Source: a virus
Length of the DNA stretch: 54,788 nucleotides
Strand: one strand, 5' to 3'
Virus record (IMG/VR): IMGVR_UViG_3300045988_124937
Span: 1 to 54,788 of that record
In this document: piece after piece, positions 50,341 to 54,788 of the stretch
Layout of the letters: each line of letters opens with the position of its first letter
Position numbering within the stretch: the stretch's first letter is position 1
Translations under genes and position numbers: made by a program
Notes under the pieces: generated by a model
The model's input: the letters and a program-made list of their open reading frames with translations, nothing else
Database searches by the model: none
What the model was told of the DNA's origin: nothing

Positions 50341-51063
50341 GTGGCACGTCATAAGAACTATGATCCGGCTGATGTAGTCGGCGTGAACTGGGCAACCGTT
50401 CTGGTTGGCACTAAGGGTCCGGCAACCCCGTTCCCGGACATCAGCAACTTCAAGTTTGAGGATGCGTCCACTTACCCGACTGGCTTCGTTCCTATCGGTC
50501 TGACCTCGCGAGAAAGCCTCCCGTCAGTCACCACCGACGGCGGCGAAGAGACTGTCCTGGACACTGCCGAGATGAAGAACGTGGAGTCTCTGACTTCCGG
50601 TAAGTCCTTCTCCATCGCGTTCACCGTTCACTCCCTCAACAAGAACACCCTCAAGATCGCGTTCGGCGGCGGTAAGGACGAGTCCCAGCTTGTTAAGGGC
50701 TCTGGCACCAACACCCAGATTATTCAGGGCATCAGCTCGGGCGACAACTCGCTTGAGCTTCCGGTTCTGATTATCTACTCCGGTGGCGGTAAGAACGTCG
50801 GCCTGTATTGGCCTCGCGTCAAGGTCAGTGGTGGTACTCTCGCGGATGTCTCGATGGAGTCGCTGATGGCTCTGAACTTCACCGGCAAGATGCTGCAGCC
50901 CACTACCGAACACCTCAAGGAGATTACCAAGGTGTTCACCCCCGGTGGCTCGCACGAGGGCTTCCTTATCAAGCCTTCCGCTTCTGCGGTGACCGCGAAC
51001 GCGGTTGTGGCACTGGAGGGTGGCGACCCCGTGTCTCCGGTATCGCCGGTACCTGGCGGCTAA
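50341..51063 (+). CDS. Major tail protein
   Basis: 240 aa. gaaaggagttcttGTG. Immediately upstream of the chaperone pair. Followed by a strong terminator. Confidence 0.7.
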   Translation: MARHKNYDPADVVGVNWATVLVGTKGPATPFPDISNFKFEDASTYPTGFVPIGLTSRESLPSVTTDGGEETVLDTAEMKNVESLTSGKSFSIAFTVHSLNKNTLKIAFGGGKDESQLVKGSGTNTQIIQGISSGDNSLELPVLIIYSGGGKNVGLYWPRVKVSGGTLADVSMESLMALNFTGKMLQPTTEHLKEITKVFTPGGSHEGFLIKPSASAVTANAVVALEGGDPVSPVSPVPGG

Positions 51064-51098
51064 TACGTAGCGCCTCTACGGGCAAGAGACGCTATAAT

Positions 51099-51130
51099 AA
51101 TGGGAGCAGAGATTCGTCTCTGCTCCCATT
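51099..51130 (+). terminator. Intrinsic terminator/attenuator after the major tail gene
   Basis: AATGGGAGCAGAGA ttcg TCTCTGCTCCCATT ttct. Confidence 0.7.
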
Positions 51131-51156
51131 TTCTATGTGCATGAAAGGACGGATCC

Positions 51157-51567
51157 TTGACTGAGATCAACCCCTCGCTTCCCCCCGTCTACGCTGACCA
51201 GCTGGCGGAGCTTCACACCCCCGAGCAGGCAGATGCTATCGCGCTCGCCGCTGCTGCCGAGAACACCCCGGCACCCGCCGAGGAGCCTAAGAGCTACCTC
51301 GAACTGCCCGGCCACGACCTGCTGATTCCGCTGGAGAAGCTAAAGACTAGCGACAGCTTCCGACTCTACGGCGCGTTCTCTGTTGTGCTGGAGCACGACA
51401 CTCAGTCGGCACAGATGTTCGCCCTGGCAGACTTCCTGGATGAGAACGCCTCGAAGTTCATCTCGGCTGAGCGCCTGGCAGATTGGGAGAACTTCGCCGT
51501 CGCAAAGAACAACAACGAAGTTCTCGACCTGCTCATGGCCTACTTCGCAGAAATGGGAAACGACTAA
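51157..51567 (+). CDS. Tail assembly chaperone (G-like)
   Basis: TTG start 7 nt after GAAAGGA. 136 aa, acidic. Upstream of the tape measure. Confidence 0.75.
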   Translation: MTEINPSLPPVYADQLAELHTPEQADAIALAAAAENTPAPAEEPKSYLELPGHDLLIPLEKLKTSDSFRLYGAFSVVLEHDTQSAQMFALADFLDENASKFISAERLADWENFAVAKNNNEVLDLLMAYFAEMGND

Positions 51568-52052
51568 AGCTTCTTCGCCTCGCGCGACGAGAACCGAGCC
51601 TCGCTGCTGATTTCCTTGTCCTCTACGGTATCAACCTAGAGGAAGAAGCAATGCGTCTGCCCGCCTACATAGGTGGAGCACTCCTCAAGCGCCTGACCTT
51701 CGAGCCCCGCTCGATGTTCCGGCACGAGGTGCGATTCGAGGTTCTGCAGGACGAGCGTGATATGCCGGAACCCCCGGATTTGAGGACGGAAGCCGAGAAG
51801 GAGCGTGCGCAATACGACGCACTCTTCGGCTACAGCCTCACGGAGCAGCGCCTCACTTGGATTCTGGAGCGGCTGATTTCGTTCCAGGCAATGTACTTCT
51901 CGGCTAACTCGCCCAAGGGTGCCCGCCAGATGGAGCGGGACGAGATTCCCACGCCGGATAAGCTAGTCACGAAGAAGCGCAAACCTACGCCTACCGATTT
52001 GCTCCGGCTATACTACGGAGGCGAGGAAGAAGATGACGAGCCCGCGGCCTAA
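51157..52052 (+). CDS. Tail assembly chaperone GT-like fusion (join 51157..51561, 51561..52052 by -1 frameshift; about 298 aa)
   Basis: The second ORF (51483..52052) is in the -1 frame relative to the first and has no RBS of its own. Confidence 0.7.
51555..51561 (+). promoter_or_regulatory. -1 programmed frameshift slippery heptamer G_GGA_AAC
   Basis: The zero frame reads ATG GGA AAC GAC TAA. The -1 frame reads GGG AAA CGA ... and stays open to 52052. Confidence 0.8.
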
Positions 52053-52103
52053 CCTATACGGTGGGCAGGCGGGCTCGTCTGTGTATGAGAGTAAGGAGGA
52101 TAC

Positions 52104-54788
52104 ATGGCTCTCGGAAGCTTTGAGGCAGGTAAGGTACACATCCGTGTCCTGCCCGATGCCTCGGGATTCAACCGCAAGCTCCGGCCTGAGCTAATGAAGG
52201 CCAAGCGCGATGCTGAGAAGCTGATGCGCATCGAGGTTACCCCGGTGCTGAACAAGCAGGCGCTACAGCGCATCAAGGCGCAGCTGTCCGGTCTGGGTGG
52301 TACCGCAAAGATTCAGGTGGATGCCGATACGTCGGAGGCCAAGCGCAAGCTGGATGAGGCGACGGAGGACCGCACCTCGACTGTCCACGTGAAGGCAGAC
52401 CCCGCCGACCTGCAGAAGAGCCTGGATGAAGGCACCCGCGACCGAGGCGTGCGTGTTCATATGGTGGGCGACTCGGACGACCTGGAGCGCAGTCTGCGCC
52501 GAAGCACCCGCGACCGCGGCGTGAAGGTCAAGACCGAGGCGGACTCCCGCGACCTAGAGAAGAGCCTGAACGAAAGCACCCGCAACCGTTCAATCAAGCT
52601 GCCCCTGGAAGCGGACTTCGACCACCTGGAGAAGCGCCTCAAGAAGGCGACCAAGGAGCGCAAGCCCCTGCGTATCCGTATCCAGGAGACGGTCGAAAAG
52701 TACGACAAGCTGGTGGACGCAGGCAAGGACGACAACCGCCCGTGGAGCCAGCGCTTTGGTGATGAGTTCGAGCGTCTGCGCCAGAAGTTCAAGGAGTCTG
52801 AGCGCATCCCCCGGTCGTGGGGTGAGGCCTGGCAGAAGTCGGTGAGCTTCCTGCGCAAGGATAAGGACATCGACGAGTTCCTGCGCAAGATCTCGCACGC
52901 CCGCACCGAGACGAAGAAGCTGCGCGAGTTCTTCCGTGAGCGCCGCGAGCGCCGCGAGCGCCGTTCGGGGATTAGCTCGTCGGACGGGGAGGACTCCTCT
53001 AGCCATTCCGTAGATACCGGCAAGGTTCGCACCGGGGGACTGCGTGACAGCATCTCCCGCTCGGTGACCTCTATCCGTTCCTTCATCGACCAGGTTCGCT
53101 CCACTGAGGGGCCGCTGTCTTCCCTGCGTAACGCCTTGAGCAAGGGTGCGCAGTCATTCAGTGATTTCTACTCGCGTGTCTCCGAGCGCGCCCGCGAGAC
53201 GTTCGAGCGGATGAAGAACTGGGTTACTCGCTCGAACGTGGACGACGAGTCCTTCAAGCGCTCCGGCAAGGTTCTAGATGACTTCAACAAGAAGGCAAAG
53301 GACAGCGCGGACAAGTCACTGTCCCTATCCGAGCGCATCTCTCAGCGTATGCGCCGCATTGCTGAGGCGACGGTAGATAAGATTCACTGGATCACGACCG
53401 GCCAGTTCGAGGATGATGACGCGGAGGACGTCACTAACCGCTTCTTTGATGCCTTCGAGAAGGGTATCTCCAACCACGATAAGCCGGACTTCAAGCTGTC
53501 CGACCTCGTGGATTTCAGCGACGACGACCTGCTGCGCCGCGCCGAGGAGCGCATGAGCGACTACCGAAAGCGCCTGCAGGACTTCGAGAAGCAGAACCGC
53601 ACCCTGATTCGCAAGATTGCTAACTCTGCATCCTTCGATGCGGCGCGCGGTACTGAGTCCTTCGACCAGATGAACGCGCGCCTACAGGAGCTCGCACGAC
53701 AGGCTAACCTGGCGCGTAAGAATCTGCAGGCGATGGACAAGGCGATGCGCGATGCTCGTCGTAACGGTATCTCCAAGAAGGACTCGGCGGTAGAGGACGG
53801 TTCCTCACCGCTGATGGGTGTGCGCTCCCTGCAGCAGAACAACGCCCTGCTCGATGAGGCACGCCGCCGCTTTGCAGACCTGGCTGACCAGGCGGAGCGA
53901 CTGGGTAACATCGACATGGCGCGCGGTCTGCGCGAGTCGATGGAGGCTGTGGGTCGTCAGATCGAGCAGAACCTCAAGAATCAGAAGCTCTTCGGGCAGG
54001 CTCTCTCCGAGACTGACCGCGTGCGCAACCGTAAGGTGGAGCCTGGCGAGCGCCCGTCCTCTCCTCTCGATGCGTTCCCGCAGACTCAGGTAGACTTTGG
54101 AGACTTCTCTGAGTCCTTGGCGAAGCTGACTTCGCACATCCAGGAACTCAAGGAGGAGCGCGCTAAGCTCTCGTCTGACCTGCATAACGCGGTTCAGTCT
54201 GGCGACGTCGAGGGCGTGAACCGTCTGGAGAAGGCTTTCGCCAACCTGCGTGACCGTCTTCGTGACGCTCGCGAGCAGATGGACTCGCTCAATTCCGCGC
54301 AGAAGGTCTTGAACTCGCCGGTGAACATCGGCAAGGATCTACTCGACCGACTGCGCGGGGACAACAAGGGTGAGCCTATCGAGATTGAGGCTGAGGTAGA
54401 CCTTGACGACACGGTGGCTAAGGAGAAGCTGAGCCGCCTGACGGAGGATAAGGAAGTTACGGTCGATGCGGACGCGGACACTGGCCGCGCCCGTATGAAG
54501 ATGGCATCTCTGACCCGCCCCCGCCACGTGCTCATTTCGCCCAAGTTGAACAAGGCCGCCTTCGTTAAGGTGGCAACGGCGCTTGCGTCGCTGTCCGGTG
54601 CTCGTGCTGCGTTCGACTTCACCAAGAAGTTTACGGACTTCATCAAGGACATGGATAAGAACCTGGGCGCGCTGGTCACGATGACTTCGGTTATCTCCAC
54701 GCTCACGGCAGGCGTGCTGTCTCTGACCTCGCACGTCTTCGCTCTGGGTCGCTCCCTCGTCACCATGATTCCTGCGCTCTACGCTATC
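52104..54788 (+). CDS. Tape measure protein, N-terminal portion (runs off the window; continues at 56..2554)
   Basis: taaggaggatacATG. I translated segments across 52104-53450 and found no stop. About 24-aa repeats (AD...L.KSLDE.TRDR.V.V) at 52300-52700. Confidence 0.9.
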   Translation, partial: MALGSFEAGKVHIRVLPDASGFNRKLRPELMKAKRDAEKLMRIEVTPVLNKQALQRIKAQLSGLGGTAKIQVDADTSEAKRKLDEATEDRTSTVHVKADPADLQKSLDEGTRDRGVRVHMVGDSDDLERSLRRSTRDRGVKVKTEADSRDLEKSLNESTRNRSIKLPLEADFDHLEKRLKKATKERKPLRIRIQETVEKYDKLVDAGKDDNRPWSQRFGDEFERLRQKFKESERIPRSWGEAWQKSVSFLRKDKDIDEFLRKISHARTETKKLREFFRERRERRERRSGISSSDGEDSSSHSVDTGKVRTGGLRDSISRSVTSIRSFIDQVRSTEGPLSSLRNALSKGAQSFSDFYSRVSERARETFERMKNWVTRSNVDDESFKRSGKVLDDFNKKAKDSADKSLSLSERISQRMRRIAEATVDKIHWITTGQFEDDDAEDVTNRFFDAFEKGISNHDKPDFKLSDLVDFSDDDLLRRAEERMSDYRKRLQDFEKQNRTLIRKIANSASFDAARGTESFDQMNARLQELARQANLARKNLQAMDKAMRDARRNGISKKDSAVEDGSSPLMGVRSLQQNNALLDEARRRFADLADQAERLGNIDMARGLRESMEAVGRQIEQNLKNQKLFGQALSETDRVRNRKVEPGERPSSPLDAFPQTQVDFGDFSESLAKLTSHIQELKEERAKLSSDLHNAVQSGDVEGVNRLEKAFANLRDRLRDAREQMDSLNSAQKVLNSPVNIGKDLLDRLRGDNKGEPIEIEAEVDLDDTVAKEKLSRLTEDKEVTVDADADTGRARMKMASLTRPRHVLISPKLNKAAFVKVATALASLSGARAAFDFTKKFTDFIKDMDKNLGALVTMTSVISTLTAGVLSLTSHVFALGRSLVTMIPALYAI
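54734..54788. repeat. Terminal overlap, identical to 1..55
   Basis: See feature 1..55. Confidence 0.95.

Overview
The window is one complete, GC-rich tailed-phage genome. Bases 1-55 are identical to 54734-54788, so the unit length is 54,733 bp and the window opens inside the tape measure gene. The architecture is siphovirus-like and resembles actinobacteriophages. PLUS-STRAND LATE ARM (41.1 kb, through the window junction, to 12.0 kb): small and large terminase, portal, MuF-like protein, a P-loop kinase-like insert, scaffold, gpD-like decoration protein, lambda-gpE-like major capsid protein, four connector/tail-completion genes, major tail protein, G/GT tail chaperones with a canonical G_GGA_AAC -1 frameshift, and a 1,727-aa tape measure. 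These are followed by Dit-like and Tal-like proteins, a beta-helix (pectate-lyase-like) tailspike flanked by twin hairpins, a LamG-like tail protein, an SGNH-esterase tail protein, and a lysis cassette (membrane protein, amidase endolysin, holin). MINUS-STRAND EARLY/MIDDLE ARM (40.5 kb down to 12.2 kb): about 45 small genes of unknown function, then a replication module. The module holds an HTH protein, HNH, VRR-NUC, SNF2 helicase, prim-pol/VirE-type primase-helicase, a DUF2800-like Cas4-type nuclease, a DUF2815-like ssDNA-binding protein, family A DNA polymerase and a DUF3310-like protein. I found no integrase, repressor, bona fide tRNA or CRISPR array. MOST UNUSUAL CONTENT: (1) Four to five tandem sigma70-consensus promoters fire into an early operon. 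Its first six intergenic gaps each carry a tRNA-mimic minihelix (acceptor-like stem plus GGTTCGAnTCC T-arm) followed by a covarying hairpin about 30 nt before the next start codon. I read this as a possible tRNA-punctuation or tRNA-decoy system. (2) A 326-bp AT-rich element inside the replication module has 51-bp inverted arms and about 15 helically phased copies of TTAGSGYCA. (3) Immediately behind the early promoters lies about 270 bp of almost pure alternating purine-pyrimidine (GT/GC/AT) sequence. (4) There is heavy tandem paralogy for a phage, with families of 6, 3 and 2 members. All functional calls come from motifs read by eye and from synteny. No database search was run.
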